Shown here: piece after piece, positions 27,606 to 40,484 of the stretch
Numbering within the stretch: position 1 is the stretch's first letter
Layout of the letters: each line of letters begins with the position of its first letter
Assembly: GCF_001194135.2 (NCBI RefSeq)
Contig: NC_068987.1
Coordinates: forward strand, 100,783,703 to 100,847,702
DNA from: Octopus bimaculoides
Lineage: Eukaryota
Reading direction: 5' to 3'
Length of the DNA: 64,000 bases
Notes under the pieces: generated by a model
Databases searched by the model: none
What the model was told of the DNA's origin: nothing
The model's input: the letters and a program-made list of their open reading frames with translations, nothing else
Position numbers and translations under genes: made by a program

Positions 27606-28269
27606 TAACATATACCATTAGAATATTTCAAAGAAGGGCAACTATAGACTGGAAGAGTAAAAATGCTCATAAATTGACAGAAGGCACTTACCGACAATGC
27701 ACTAAGTAAACTCCAAAAGCAGAAAATGAGAGAAGCATAGGAATTTAACTAACAATAACATTTTAACAAAAATGTAGACTGCTTCCCCAAAATTATAATG
27801 TTGTTGAGATCCAAGTTCAATCATATTGCGGTTAACCTATGACCAAAGGTATTCTAGCCTCATCGTCTAGTCTTTCTTTCATGTGCAGTACAACCTTGAA
27901 TAATGTACATTTTTAAAGACTGTAGATTTGAAAGAATATTTGGAGGCTACTGTTTTCCTCTCGTTAACTCCAAAGCAAGAATGTGTTTCATATGGTATGA
28001 AGTGGTTCGGAATAGATTAATACAGCATTATCTACAACGGTGATCTGTAAATATTAGCTGTAAGTGAGGTGTCAGAAGCAACAAACAAGCACAACAAGGA
28101 TTATTCTATGTCATCCTATTATTATTATCATATCTGACATAGCCATATTCTTACTGTCAGTGTCAGTTATATATCAGATATTCCTCTGTCGTGATCTAAG
28201 GAGGTGTAGTCCTTTCAATTAATGAGATTTTGCAGACACTCTTTGAACTGAGAAGTAATACCTTTTTCT

Positions 28270-29490
28270 GGGTGTGTTATATTTTCGTTTCACATTCATC
28301 TTTTCCTAACACTTTTTAATTTCTTTCCACACAGAACTTAGGGCACCAAGAATAGTTGGCGCAATAGGTACAATTTTCATTGGCCGTAGCATCTTGATAT
28401 CTCTCCTTAGAACTTCAGATTTCGTCATTTCTTCACTTTCGTTTATAACGATTTTACTGCACACAGAGGAAGAGGTGTCTAAGCTTGCCTTCCAACACAA
28501 TAGCAGGATTCCGAGATTCGATTCTATGATTACACTGTATCATGAACCCACTCGAAAGAATGTTCGCTTTTACCACACACATTGACTTCTGTTCGCATTA
28601 TTTTCTCGGTTTCTCAAGTTCAGACATGCTAAATAGTTCCCAATGAACAATTCTAGCGGCATCGTTGTCATGACTTTTTTTTTTTAATATCTATCATCCA
28701 ATTCGGTGCATTCACTTAAAATATGCCAAACTGTCTCAAGTTTCACAACACATTCTTCAATCATCAGATTTAAGGCCTGTTTTTTTTTTTTTTAGTAATT
28801 GTTGTAACTACTCCCATTTTGCCTTAGGATCTATGTTCCTTGCTAAATCTCTAAAGAACTGACCGCCAATCGTTCCATTTGCTTTCTCACTTTGTTTTCT
28901 GTCTGTATTTTGTAGCTCATCTTATCCTGTTTTCGTTTTTTTTGTGTGTGTGTGTGTAATAAACCTACTTCCCTTAATTGTACAAATAGTATTTTGCTTG
29001 TTTTTTTTTGTTTTTTTTATACGAAGCAATATCGTTTCCTTCTGACTAAACGGAATTTTTATAACTTATCAGTCCTCATCTTCCTTTCTTTCTTGTTGGG
29101 AGGAGCTGGTCAAAATCATGTATGGTGTGGTATGCACCGTGGTTAATCGGCAGTCTCTTTGTATGTTTTTTTTTTAAAGCTTGCAGTTCCGATAGATCCA
29201 TAGCTAAAGAGAGTGATCACCCATGGATTTATTGCTCAGAACGTATTCAGTTAGTCTTCAAATTAGTCTCATTATTCAGTAATACTCCTGAAAGCATCTT
29301 CTTCATTTGGCTTTCCATCAATTTGTCTAATTCAAATGTTCCCAGATATGTGTATTCATCTTTCGTTAATTCACTTCACCAACTCCTTCCCAAGGCAATG
29401 TCGCAGAACTAACTCGTTTGACCTTACTTCTTTTTAGAATCAACACGCCATACTTCTTCGCCCCGATTCGATCTAATATCCGCAGTAAAA
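28270..29490 (-). mobile_element. R4/Dong-type LINE fragment (RT C-terminus to RLE), degraded
   Basis: Minus strand reads KYGVLILKRSKVK..., INHGAYH..., and ORF 28306-28500 EVLRRDIKMLRPMKIVPIAPTILGAL (RLE C-terminus). Confidence 0.75.
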
Positions 29491-29752
29491 TAATGCAATG
29501 TATATGAATCAATGAAACCAGCTGTTGATGTTCGTCTGTTACAAGTCTTCCGAAAAGGAATTGATCTTTTCATTCTTTGATCACATACCCAGCTTTTATC
29601 TTTCTGAAAACGAAAGGTATCATCACCACTACCAGCATCACCGCCGCCGCCGCCGCAGTCGTCGTCGTCGTCGTCGTCGTCGTCATCATCATCATTAAAT
29701 TTATTATTAATATTATTGGTGAGTTTTTTTTTGTTATTATTTTAAATTCTTA

Positions 29753-29985
29753 AGGTTGCGAGCTGATAGAATCGTTAGCACGCCGGACGAGATTCTTCGC
29801 GATATTTCGCCTGTCGCTACGTTTTTTTTTTTTAGTTCAAATTCCGCGGAGATCGACTTTGCCTTTCATTCTTTTGAATTCGATAACACAAGTACCAGAC
29901 GAACACTGGGGTCGATGACATAGATTCATCTCCACCTCCCCCAAGCTGCCCTTGTTGCAAAAATTTGTAATAGGTATCATTATTA
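29753..29985 (+). mobile_element. tRNA-derived SINE with (ATT)/(ATC) tail
   Basis: GCGAGCTGATAGAATCGTTAGCACGCCGGACG...GTTCAAATTCCGCGGAGATCGACTTTGCCTTTCAT...CACTGGGGTCGAT; A- and B-box-like motifs. Confidence 0.9.
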
Positions 29986-30025
29986 TTCTTAGTATTATTG
30001 GTGTTTTGTTCTTGCTGTTGCTATG

Positions 30026-30069
<44 letters not shown>

Positions 30070-30379
30070 TATCATCCGAATCATCATCATTATTATTATC
30101 AATATGGTGCTTGGTGAATATGCATACGATGATATGGAAGCAAACAGTTGTAAAATAATTTCACTGTCTTGACAACGGGATGACTCGTAGAAATGAAGCC
30201 GCTCAAAGATTCAAAGATTAAAATACTCTCTATTTCTACTCTATAAAGAAAATATAATGCGTTATACAAGAGAGAAACCACACAGTTGGAAACCTTGAAA
30301 GCACCGGCTCGAAGATTCAGAATAGTAACATTGTACCACGACGCCATACAAGAGAAAACAAAATTGAATAACAACCACT

Positions 30380-30670
30380 AAATTCATGTTAAAACAAGAA
30401 ACAGATTTAAGAGAATTTGTTGAAACGCAGACTTTGAACTATTTAGATTTAATAAACCACACATATTCTGGAACTGAAAGATGACAGAAACAATTAGGGA
30501 GGAATATTATAAACGCATTACATTAATATTTAAATCTAAACTAAGTGCAGAAAAATAGCCATATATATCAATATATAACTATTACTTTAACTGCTCTAGT
30601 AGCAAGTTATAGTTATAATATTCTCCACTGAAAACTAAGTGAATTAGCACGACTAGACAGGGAAAATGAA
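30380..30670 (+). mobile_element. R4/Dong-type RT thumb fragment
   Basis: EEYYKRITLIFKSKLSAEK near 30499-30555, then LSELARLDR (thumb consensus KEY.RR...LKSKL.A.N...EL..LDRK). Confidence 0.7.
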
Positions 30671-31049
30671 AATGAAATCGAGATTTAGAAAATACGTCAC
30701 ACAAAGGCCGACATTAAATGACCTTAAACCACAAAGAGAGGAGGCTTCGTTTCAATTTGTCACTATGTACACGACTTTACATATGATATGTGCGTGTGTG
30801 CGTGTCTGTGTGTCTGTATGTTTGCGTATGTTTGTGTATGTGTGTGTGCAGGTGTTTGCGCGTGTGTGTGTGTATTTAGAAAGAGAGAGAGAAGAGAGGG
30901 ATACTGTGAAATTAAATATAACTCATAGAAAGAATACGTACACGAAATTATAATAGTAGGCTATTGTAAAACATCAGCTTGAGAACTCAAAAGATACCTA
31001 GTTGAGAACAATAGGAAATTAATGTGATCACGTATAAAAGTTGAAAGGA

Positions 31050-31760
31050 AAAAGTAATTCTCTACTTTTGAAAGATAATGTTTATGTTAAGATACAGTTG
31101 TGACAAAGAGCTAGGAAAAACAAAATGTTAAATACTCAAAATCTAAATTGTTCGTATGGCGTTGGTAGAACAAAATTCATCCCATTGTCGAAGAAGACTT
31201 AACAAAGGGAATAATTATAATTGAAAATGAAATTAATCGTTGGTATTGGGACGTAAATTGGAGCCCATATGATTTTAGCCTGTAACATAAAAGAAAATTA
31301 TGTCCTCAAATCATTGAGTTTGTGTAGGGGTAATTAGTCACATTGATTCTAGCCATGTAATGTTGGAAAAAAAAACACTCAATATATGGCAGGTATTGGA
31401 GTTTTATATACTTCTATGTTAGCACTCAAGAATTAGGCCTTCAAAAGAGATTTTACAAATACACACGAGAAATCATTTCACTAAATTTTAAGCACTACAT
31501 TCTGGGATATGAAGATTTACAAAAGCTAGAATATTACAGCAAATATTTCTTGAAATCACAGAGAAGAAAATGAAAGATCACAATAAAGAGAAATATCTCT
31601 CAATTGATGCATTAGTTACAACTGACAATAATATGTGTGTAAGCTAAATGGAAAGTCTGTTCAAAATATATAGACCATAATGTCTAGATTACAGCTAACC
31701 TCTTCAGATATTACTATCTTAAACTTCAAAAGAATGTTACGCTTCTTAATCAATGCAACA
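31050..31760 (+). mobile_element. Possible LINE APE-endonuclease relic (RTE-like)
   Basis: Weak motifs only (RWYWDV..., GIGVL). Many stops. Confidence 0.25.
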
Positions 31761-32339
31761 TTTTCTAAGACACGATTGTACCTGGGTAAAAGAAATGTAG
31801 AGACTGTCCAAAATAGAAAGGCCTGGAAATGGAGATAGCAAGCCGGTTTGGATTTAAAACAGCATCAATCTCCAAAAGACGTTATACACTAGGTCTAATA
31901 AAAAGAAATGAAAAACATGTATAACAAAACGACCCTACCCACATATACAGAAAATATAACAATTTTGAATCGTACATATTACACAGAAAACACTTTCAAC
32001 TCATTATAAAAATAAAGGCTAAACACTGAACATTCGAAAGCCTAGCTACTACCTATAGGAATGTAACATGTATAGTATTAAATTACTTTATCACATTAAC
32101 ATTATCGGCATTAATAATATTATAAACCGGCTGGAGAGTTAGGCAAAGGACGAGATAATATCAATACTCTCACTTGGTCACACTTGGGAATCTTGCAGGC
32201 AAGCACAATGAGTTGCCTTGAAGGGCACAACTGAGAATGTATCTGAAAACTGTACCCAAAATTGTGGGCGAAGAAAATGGATGGATAGGTGGATTGGATG
32301 GATGGGTGGATAATATCATTATACTTTCTACACAAGCTC

Positions 32340-33230
32340 ATGATCTTCTTCTGTACCAGCAGTTAGATCTCTTTATTTCCGAAATTAGTGCAGCGTTGTC
32401 TTTGAGAAATGCGAGTGTGTCTATGCTATAATTGTTCTGATTTGTTGAGTTGATTTTGTTTTCTTATTTTTTGTTGTACTTTAACCTATCCATGTATAGG
32501 CTAAAGGGAATCTATAGATACTTTTGTTTCTAATACCTTTGAGAATGGTTGTTTTACATATTTCTCTCAATTGATCTGTCTGTTATAATGTTCTGTGATA
32601 ATTGTGTAGAATTTGTTATATAGACCTTTATGGTGTGTAGTTTATATAATGTTGTGTAGCAGTTATGTATAATATCAATTCTGTAATTACGGGTCTGTGT
32701 GGACGAGTTATAGTCTCATAATCTGTTAGGTAAATTATGGGACGTTGCCCTCCTTTTAATATATGGTCTTATTAATTATGTCTGGTGTACAATTTTTTTT
32801 TTCATATTGTTCCAATTAGATATTTGTTCTTCGTTTGTGTTTCTAATTAGAAATGTACGTGATGCATAGCTGAATTGCTTTCCTATATTTTATTCTTTTA
32901 TCAAGTTAGATTGTCCGTTAGTTAGTCAGTATAGACATGTACCAGATAAGAGTAATCATATCACTTTCGTGTACTGTGTATATATTTCGTAACATGTCTC
33001 AATTGTCATACTGAAATGTCAGTAATTTTGTCAATACACCTAGCTAACTCAATGTTGACTCAGCATACATTGACTAGATGGGATTAATCGATGTAGGCAA
33101 TCATACTAATAGAACAGTATTCATTTAAGTTTAGCCTCTAATTTCATTATTATATTCTTATAGCATGTTACGTAGTTAGCAATTATTTTTTTTACTGGTA
33201 TAGATTAGATTACATCTTTATTCTGGTATT
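32340..33230 (-). mobile_element. R4/Dong-type RT N-terminal fragment, old
   Basis: Minus strand near 32637-32690 reads RNYR...CYTTLYKL, equivalent to NYRPITCLPTLYKL. Confidence 0.5.
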
Positions 33231-33714
33231 CTTACACACAATCAAATTTTTCTTCTATAATGAATTGAAGGTGAAGTTGTTCTTTTTTTTTTTTCGAATT
33301 TCATTTTCATATTTCATTTTATCCTCGATCGAAATATTTTCATTTTCGCTAAATTATAGTTAGCAATATATTATTTTCTTACATTCTTTTCTTATACATG
33401 CATCCTTATAAAACAAATAAATTTCTCATTGCTTAATTCTATGTATTTTTCTACTTCAACAATCGTTACTTTGTATACTTTTCTGTTCATATTAAAGTCG
33501 CTTCAATATATATGGAGTTGTTATATCGAATTCCATTCGTCTTTATGATAGCTGCATTCAAAGTTGACAATTTTCGTGTCTGAACCCTCAAATTCAATGA
33601 ATTACAGACCTTTATTTTGAGGTAACACCTTATAACTGGGACGACTAATAGGTTCTTACATCTAAGAGTTCAATGTTCAATGGGTATATAAGTACAGTTC
33701 AGCTTGAGTGTCCA

Positions 33715-33795
33715 CGTTGGGCTTAGCGGCAATTTCTCCCTCTTTCCTTTATGAGTTCAGATGCCACTTAGGTCAACTTAGCCTTCCGTTTGTCC
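33715..33795 (+). mobile_element. SINE core fragment
   Basis: GCTTAGCGGCAATTTC...TGAGTTCAGATGCC...AGGTCAACTTAGCCTT matches the SINE core. Confidence 0.6.
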
Positions 33796-33799
33796 TGCC

Positions 33800-34520
33800 A
33801 TGGAGTCTATGAAATCTGCAGTTTCCCTTGTTTTCTTTCTGCACCCGTTCTGAACTCCCTGATAATAGGTTTCCTATCTCCGGAAAGCAGTACCTTTCAT
33901 ATATGAGGCCAGTTAATAACTACTAGAGTAATTGTAAACACACAATAGGTCTGTAATTACTGACATCTAGTTTTTCTTTGTCTTTCTGCAACAGCACTGT
34001 TATTTACTTTGCAATCTATTTTGGTGTACCTTTGTCTATACAGTCAGTAAGGAACAGCTTTATGCTTGAAACGATTTAAATATAGAATTCGCGAACACCA
34101 TCTGGTTCTATGGCTTTCCAGCTTGGTATTTTCGGGAATATCTCTTCGAATTCCTCATCTGTAATATTTGTACTTTCTCGTTTCGATCTATTTTCCATCT
34201 CACTTTGAAACTTCTATAACAAGTCTGTGTTATGTTTGACCCTCTATGCTCCAAATATCTGACTCAAAGCTCATTGATATTTCAGTACCTAGCACATCAT
34301 TCCACCGATCTTCGTTTTTATTGTTAGTAAAATGTATTTTCAATATTTCTGAGCAGAGCTTTTTTCTGTCGGTACGGTATTGGTTCATTCACTACTGGTA
34401 ACTAGTTTTGTCGTTTTGTTTACCTTATAATTCCTTAATGTTTGCCTTATCTTTATCTTATCTATTTGTCATTCAATCTCTGTAATTTTGTATTTTCATT
34501 GGAGCTCATTTCTCTGCCTT
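33800..34520 (-). mobile_element. R4/Dong-type RT domains 0-2 fragment
   Basis: KIPSWKAIEPDGVREFYI (about 34080-34135) and LLQKDKEKLDVSNYRPIVCLQLL (about 33925-33995). Confidence 0.85.
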
Positions 34521-34939
34521 TTGCTTCATCGTTTTCTTTTCAGTTATTGTATGTATCTTTACAAGATCCCGTTTGGTCAAAGGTATACATTATTATTGCT
34601 TAAATCATAAACCGGTAGCAATACTAATTAGTATAATTCGGATAGTGGGTTTCTCTCTTGGGTTCATCTGCCCACTGACCAGTTTTTTTTTTTTTTACGT
34701 TTCTACAAAATGTCCACAAAAAAATTATGGTCAATTCCAGAATACTTACCGGGTAAGGCAAAGTGTTTCGCGGTATCCCTTTCAGATTTCTACTCTCAAA
34801 TTCATTCCATTCCATTAGGTTGGAAATTTAAACTAGCATCCAAATACAAGGTTATACATAATCTATTTGGGCTCTCGCATCTAAGGTGCTGCGCTTGTAC
34901 CGAAATGAAAAAGAATAATAATCATTATTATCAATTTTC

Positions 34940-35115
34940 TACCAGTTCTTTACATTCTCATCTCTAATCCCGACCAGGTTAACTTTGCATATCATCTTTT
35001 TGCGGTCGAAAAAATAAAGTATCAATGAAGCACTGCGGGTAATATAATCTACAAAACACCTCCCCAAAACTCTCTGGGATTATGCCCAAATTGAAATTAA
35101 AATTATCATTATTAT
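34940..35115 (+). mobile_element. SINE 3' part
   Basis: CAGGTTAACTTTGCATATCATC...GGTCGAAAAAATAAAGTA...CCTCCCCAAAA...(ATT) tail. Confidence 0.7.
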
Positions 35116-35199
35116 TATTGTAGTAGTCTCTATGCTTACTGCTGTTTTTGCGCTGCAACTTCTTCTGCTAACGCAGTTGTTTTGTAGATCGCAAACGGT

Positions 35200-36480
35200 G
35201 ACAATACCGAATGATTCATGTCTTTAAGATTTAGTGACAACAATTACGTTCAATTGTCAAGGGTCTTGTCCAGTATTTCTGTATAATTGAGGATGACAAC
35301 TCCTCTAACTATGTCTTAATTTCAATGATTTTCATTTGTATTAGCGGCTATACCTTCTTTTACTCTGCACTCCAATAACACAGATGGTTTCAACTCCAGA
35401 ATCTTCTCAGTCTTCCACTTATGTTCAGAAAGGCTTCTGTTTCGTTTACTTCGACTTCACTATCGAGTGGTGTACCAAAGTAATTATCTTTTGTATTTTG
35501 TGCTTTATTCTCTTTTACGACATTATATCGTCTCTGTCATTCAAGAGAATGGTTAGTTTCAGCAGAGAAATAATCCCACAGGATATTATAATAGTCATTT
35601 TCAATTAGCGCTTGAGTCTTATGATAGGAACATTTTTATATACTTGGAATCTAAATTTTCATCTAACCTCCCACTTTATAGCTCACCCATCACGTCATGT
35701 CAGCTTTTGTATTACTGTTCAGTAATCTCACTTGATACACAAAGTAAATCGTTCATATTTCTACTTAATATGACACACATCCATTACTTACGGTCTTGCT
35801 GGCGTTTGTCAAAACTTGTTTCTAAGGAATTTGTTCTAAACGCTTGTTCTTATATAGCCAGACGTTTTTCTTCATACTTGTCTATTTTCCCATTTTCCAG
35901 CAAAACAAAGGTTCTTTTTTAACGATATCTGTTTTGTATGCCAACATGGTTATTTATCCATGAACGTTGATTTTTTTTCTTGTTACACTCATGTTATTTT
36001 ACTTCCTTTTCTTTATTTTATTTCTTTATTGTTTTGGCAAACTTTTCCTGCTGTTTTCACCATCAATCAGCCTACCTGCTTTTAGGTTTGCTTCATATTT
36101 CTAATTATTCATATATCATTCTATAATTATTAAACTTGATTTAAGAGTTACTTCATGCAGTACTCATCTTTCTATATTTGATATATGTATCTGCCATGAA
36201 TGCTTCTGGTCAACAAAACAAAAAATATGCATTATAAACTATGTTGCCTGTCTATACATTTCAATTATGATTGCTTTTTCTCACTAAGTCATCGTAATAT
36301 ATCGCAAAATATATATTGTCCGTATGTTTGATTTCTTAATATAAGTCCCTCTTCTTTTGCCCGCACATCCTTTTATATTCCATCTCCAGTTTACCCTTTT
36401 TCAGTCTGAACTCCATGTATTTCTTCACTCTCTCACATCAATTATCACTGTTCTTTGTTATTCTGGGAGGTTTATAACCT
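35200..36480 (-). mobile_element. Mosaic of R4/Dong-type relics (pre-RT and RT pieces)
   Basis: Decayed equivalents of RYEKR..QNRLF (about 35780-35880) and MEFRLEK (about 36390-36420). Confidence 0.5.
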
Positions 36481-36747
36481 CACTACTAACATTATAATCA
36501 GAGAACAACAATAATACGCATTGGAGATAATACTGGATGAGGCGCACGTAACGAGCATCCAGTTGTATCCTAATTTCATTCACCGTTGGCAGGACCACTT
36601 TTTATTCACAGTCTTTGACGTGAATTCAGTTGATGTCTTGGTTTCTCTTCCTATAGGTATGTTCACAGGTGCTTCCCTGCTTTTTTGACTCAGGCACAAT
36701 ATTAGGGGATTTAGACATGACTCACACTTCTATCACTCACTCGTATA

Positions 36748-37644
36748 CGAGCTGGTATCAAGACTTCCCGGACTAGTTATGCTTAATGAAAAATAACTTA
36801 TTTACCTAATTTTTAGCATCATCTCCTTCGAAATACACCGGTCCCAGCGCTCCTGCTACTTTCGGAATCCGGCCTGGAAGTAAGCTAGTCAAGGACCTTC
36901 TGCAATTCCGTAAACAAGTCAAGGACATTCTGCAATTCGCGGTGTTAAAACGGCGACCTATGAGCGGCATTCGCATGTTGGGAAATAAATGAAAGTCCGT
37001 GGGTGTAAGTCTACCGAACGGAACGGGCGCGGAGAGAGGAAATGTTTGTTTCTGGTGGCAAACTCACATGTGAGGAGAGCTCGGTGACAGGGAACATTTT
37101 CTTCATGAAGAATCCAATTCCTCGCGCTCCACAGATCCGTTCGCTTTTACCAAATGTCCTCCCTCAAGCACTTCAAAATGTCGTTGATTTTCCCCCAACG
37201 ACTCTCACCCACAAGCTGAGGAATTATCTCAAACTTTTCGGTGGGTGACGCTCGTGGAAAGTCTTCCAGATTGCTCATCATCTTTCAGGAACGTTCTTTC
37301 GCTTTTGAAGCGCCCGTACAACACGAAATATTGCGTACGATCCTTTGCCTCGTCACCATAAGCTTGCCGAAGCACGCTCAATGTCTCTGTAGCACACTTC
37401 CCAAGTTTAATATAAAATTTTACGTAATCGCTTTCTTCCAACTTCCTATCCATGACTAAAATTGCAGACTACTGCATACACGTGATGATAAAAGCACAAT
37501 TTTTATAATTGAGAAGTAAACACAGCGATGTTCCTCGATGTGCCTCATGAAGCTCTCCGCTAACTCTTACTGCGCACGCAACCATGTGCTGCCAACTGTT
37601 GGCGTGCTACAGAGCTAGTCTTGGAACTTTTTGATAGCAGCTCG
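36748..37644 (-). mobile_element. Mariner internal-deletion derivative with both TIRs and TA target duplication
   Basis: Left TA|CGAGCTGGTATCAAGACTTCCCGGACTAG; reverse complement of the right end TA|CGAGCTGCTATCAAAAAGTTCCAAGACTAG. ORF 37229-37453 is the mariner HTH (MDRKLEE..VKFYIKLGK.ATET...SGR.STS). Downstream WILHEENVPCH is a decayed HDNA motif, followed by DFHLFP. Confidence 0.95.
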
Positions 37645-38796
37645 TATTTGTGATAAATATAAGCTTAAAATTATTTTCCCCACAAACAGATACATCTGAA
37701 ATGATACTACACTACATCAAGACTTACAAAACTGTCCCAATTTATGACTGAAAGTTCATGTCATCCATAAGTCTTGTATATTTTAATGCTCTGTTACATT
37801 ATGTTTCTATTTAATTATTTTCGCTTTCTGCGATCTAACTCAAAGTGATCACTGTTATCGCATAGAATTGTGAATAATTTCAATGAAAATACTAAACTTA
37901 ATATTAATCTAATATCTATTACATTAAATTGCCGCGCTACCATGTATTTTTATGTAAAAGAACTTCAGCATTTTAAAATCCACGATTATGTTTCATATCA
38001 CATATCTCTATGAATACGAAAATCTTCTTTTACTCACGTAGCAAAGTTTTTTAGAATGATTGCAAAATAACCTTATGATATTGAAAACTAAGTTTAACGG
38101 CCATTTCTTCTCGCGCTGTTTTTAATTGTTTTATTTTGCGAAACTTAAGGAAAAAAAAGGCGGCTCTTTACATACAACGTCATCTACTTATATACGTGCT
38201 TCAGATGATGCATAGTCTTGAGCGCTACAGCTTTTGATTATTTTACGCTTCAAATTCAAACTTTGCATTCTACAGTTTTTTTTTTACTAACGTTAGAGTG
38301 AACAACACTGCTTTATTTGTATTGATTATTCAGTTTTCTTAGAGGGACTGAATAGGGTTGCTAATATGTTTCGTTAGTTTGTTTACACGTGATGTTCTAT
38401 GTCTGGCAATTACAAACATTTGAATTACATTAATTATACGAAATAAAGATCAATAAATTTTACAAGCATCACTTACACAGTGTGCGCTCGACATTTCTTT
38501 CATTTTTTTCGAATTAATTTGTTGTTATTTAACCTATGCTAATGGATATTTTTCAGAACACACAAGTACATCTCTCATGTTAAACAAACCCCGGTGTTCT
38601 TAATTATAGGAAGTAAATATCAATAAATTTTACAAGCTTTACTTACGCGGTTTATATTCAGCATTCTCGTTGTTTTTTTTCTTTTTACACTTTAACAAGT
38701 AATGGATATTTACAGAGTAGACAAGTCGTCGTGTATACTCGTATCGAACATCCTATGGTGCTTTGCTATTCTTCGTTTTCGTTCTTCGTCACTTTT

Positions 38797-38957
<161 letters not shown>

Positions 38958-39059
38958 GGCCCTGCTGTTTTGTTGACTTAATGTAGTACTCAGATACATT
39001 ATGATTACTGTCGAATCGCAACTCATGTTTAAGAATGCAGATTATTTTAAACCGTTTGT

Positions 39060-40130
39060 AATTTTTTCCCCTTCTATTTCAGATCTTTCTTTTACACTGT
39101 TTTGAGGACTTGCTGGATAATTCTGACTCAGGTTTCTACACTGCACTTATTCTCATTTTATTATCATTTCTCAAGGTTTACTCTCGAAAATTTTGCCACT
39201 GTTCTTGCAAAACGTTTAGAGTATTGATACGGTAATGTTATGAGTCCTACATTTTTGAATTCATTCTCCACTAACTGTAGGCATTCTGATACAATGTTAG
39301 CAATGGACTCCTTGAAATCATCGCACATCCCTCACCAAAGAACGCCTGATCTGTCGTCTTCATCCTCCAATTTACACTAACATTTATTATTTTCACTTTA
39401 TTACGCATTTCATCCCTTATCAGGTTTATTTTACAGAAAACCTCCGAGGGAAGCTTTTTTTCCTCAAATTTTGATTTCCTCTGTTTTGCATTTTACTATT
39501 TTCTGATTTTGGCTTCAGCACACTTTCTAAAGAATTCTTTACATTACTTCGTCCTCAATGATTCCTTTTTTTACTTAATTTTGAAATACGCAATATATTT
39601 TCTCTAATTATATTACCGCTGAGACGCTCATTAACATTTGACTTTTTATTGCTATTTGGGTTTTTTTGCTTCGTATAACCAGTCTACATCAGATTGGAAT
39701 TGCATGCTTTTGCGCAGTGTTAGCTTTTTCTTCATTTTCTTGTCAATGATCATCAATTCAACTTCAATCCATTCAATAATTCCTGCTCCACACATTATTA
39801 GGGATACTGCAATTAGGCCGTTTGCTTTTATGACGTTTCCTGTATTTAATTTAGGTCTTAGAATCTCCTTCGTGTTCCAAAAATATTCTTTTCCGAGAGC
39901 TTTCTTTAATTTCAATGTTTAGGATTATTTTCTACAGCAATCCAAGATATTCATAAGTTTCAATCATATTTAATTGTTTTATATCCTCCTAATTACTCAG
40001 ATTTATACCAGTACGTTTTGAACATTTGTCAATTGAGACAATTGTCGCATTGCATCTAAATATGTTTTAGTTTCCACTAAAATGTTATTTGTTGCTTACC
40101 ATTGTTATAAATCTTCAAAACAGGAGATAG
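39060..40130 (-). mobile_element. R4/Dong-type LINE fragment (RT thumb to CCHC)
   Basis: ORF 39652-39915 KEYFWNTKEILRPKLNTGNVIKA...ELMIIDKKMKK...SDVDWLY, then colinear TDQA and SIANIVSECLQL. Confidence 0.85.
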
Positions 40131-40162
40131 CTGACTTTTACCCCAATTCTTTCCTACACTCG

Positions 40163-40410
40163 GAGTCGCGTGGCTTAGCGGTTAGGGTGTTGAATGCATG
40201 ACCGTAAGATTGTGGTTTCAATTCTTGAACCGGGTGACACGTGTTCTTGTGCAACACAACTTCATTTTCACGTTGTTCCAGTTCACTCAGCTGGCAAAAA
40301 TGAGAAAACCTGTGACCGGCTGGCGTCCCGCCAAGGTAAAGAATTTATAGGCTACGGAAACCTTGAAACCGACCCTGTGAGACTATGACTCAGAAAGGAA
40401 CTTTACTTTT
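40163..40410 (+). mobile_element. tRNA-derived SINE, near full length
   Basis: GGAGTCGCGTGGCTTAGCGGTTAGGGTGTT (A box), GGTTTCAATTC (B-box-like), 3' end GAAAGGAACTTTACTTT. Confidence 0.88.
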
Positions 40411-40484
40411 AATTATTCCTAATCGATATTAGTTCACAACTTTTTCTTGTTACGGTTGACATCTTTTTGGTATGTTGCCATTAA

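Noticed and set aside
34742-34755. ATACTTACC, resembling the U1 snRNA 5' end
   Set aside because: The downstream sequence does not continue as U1.
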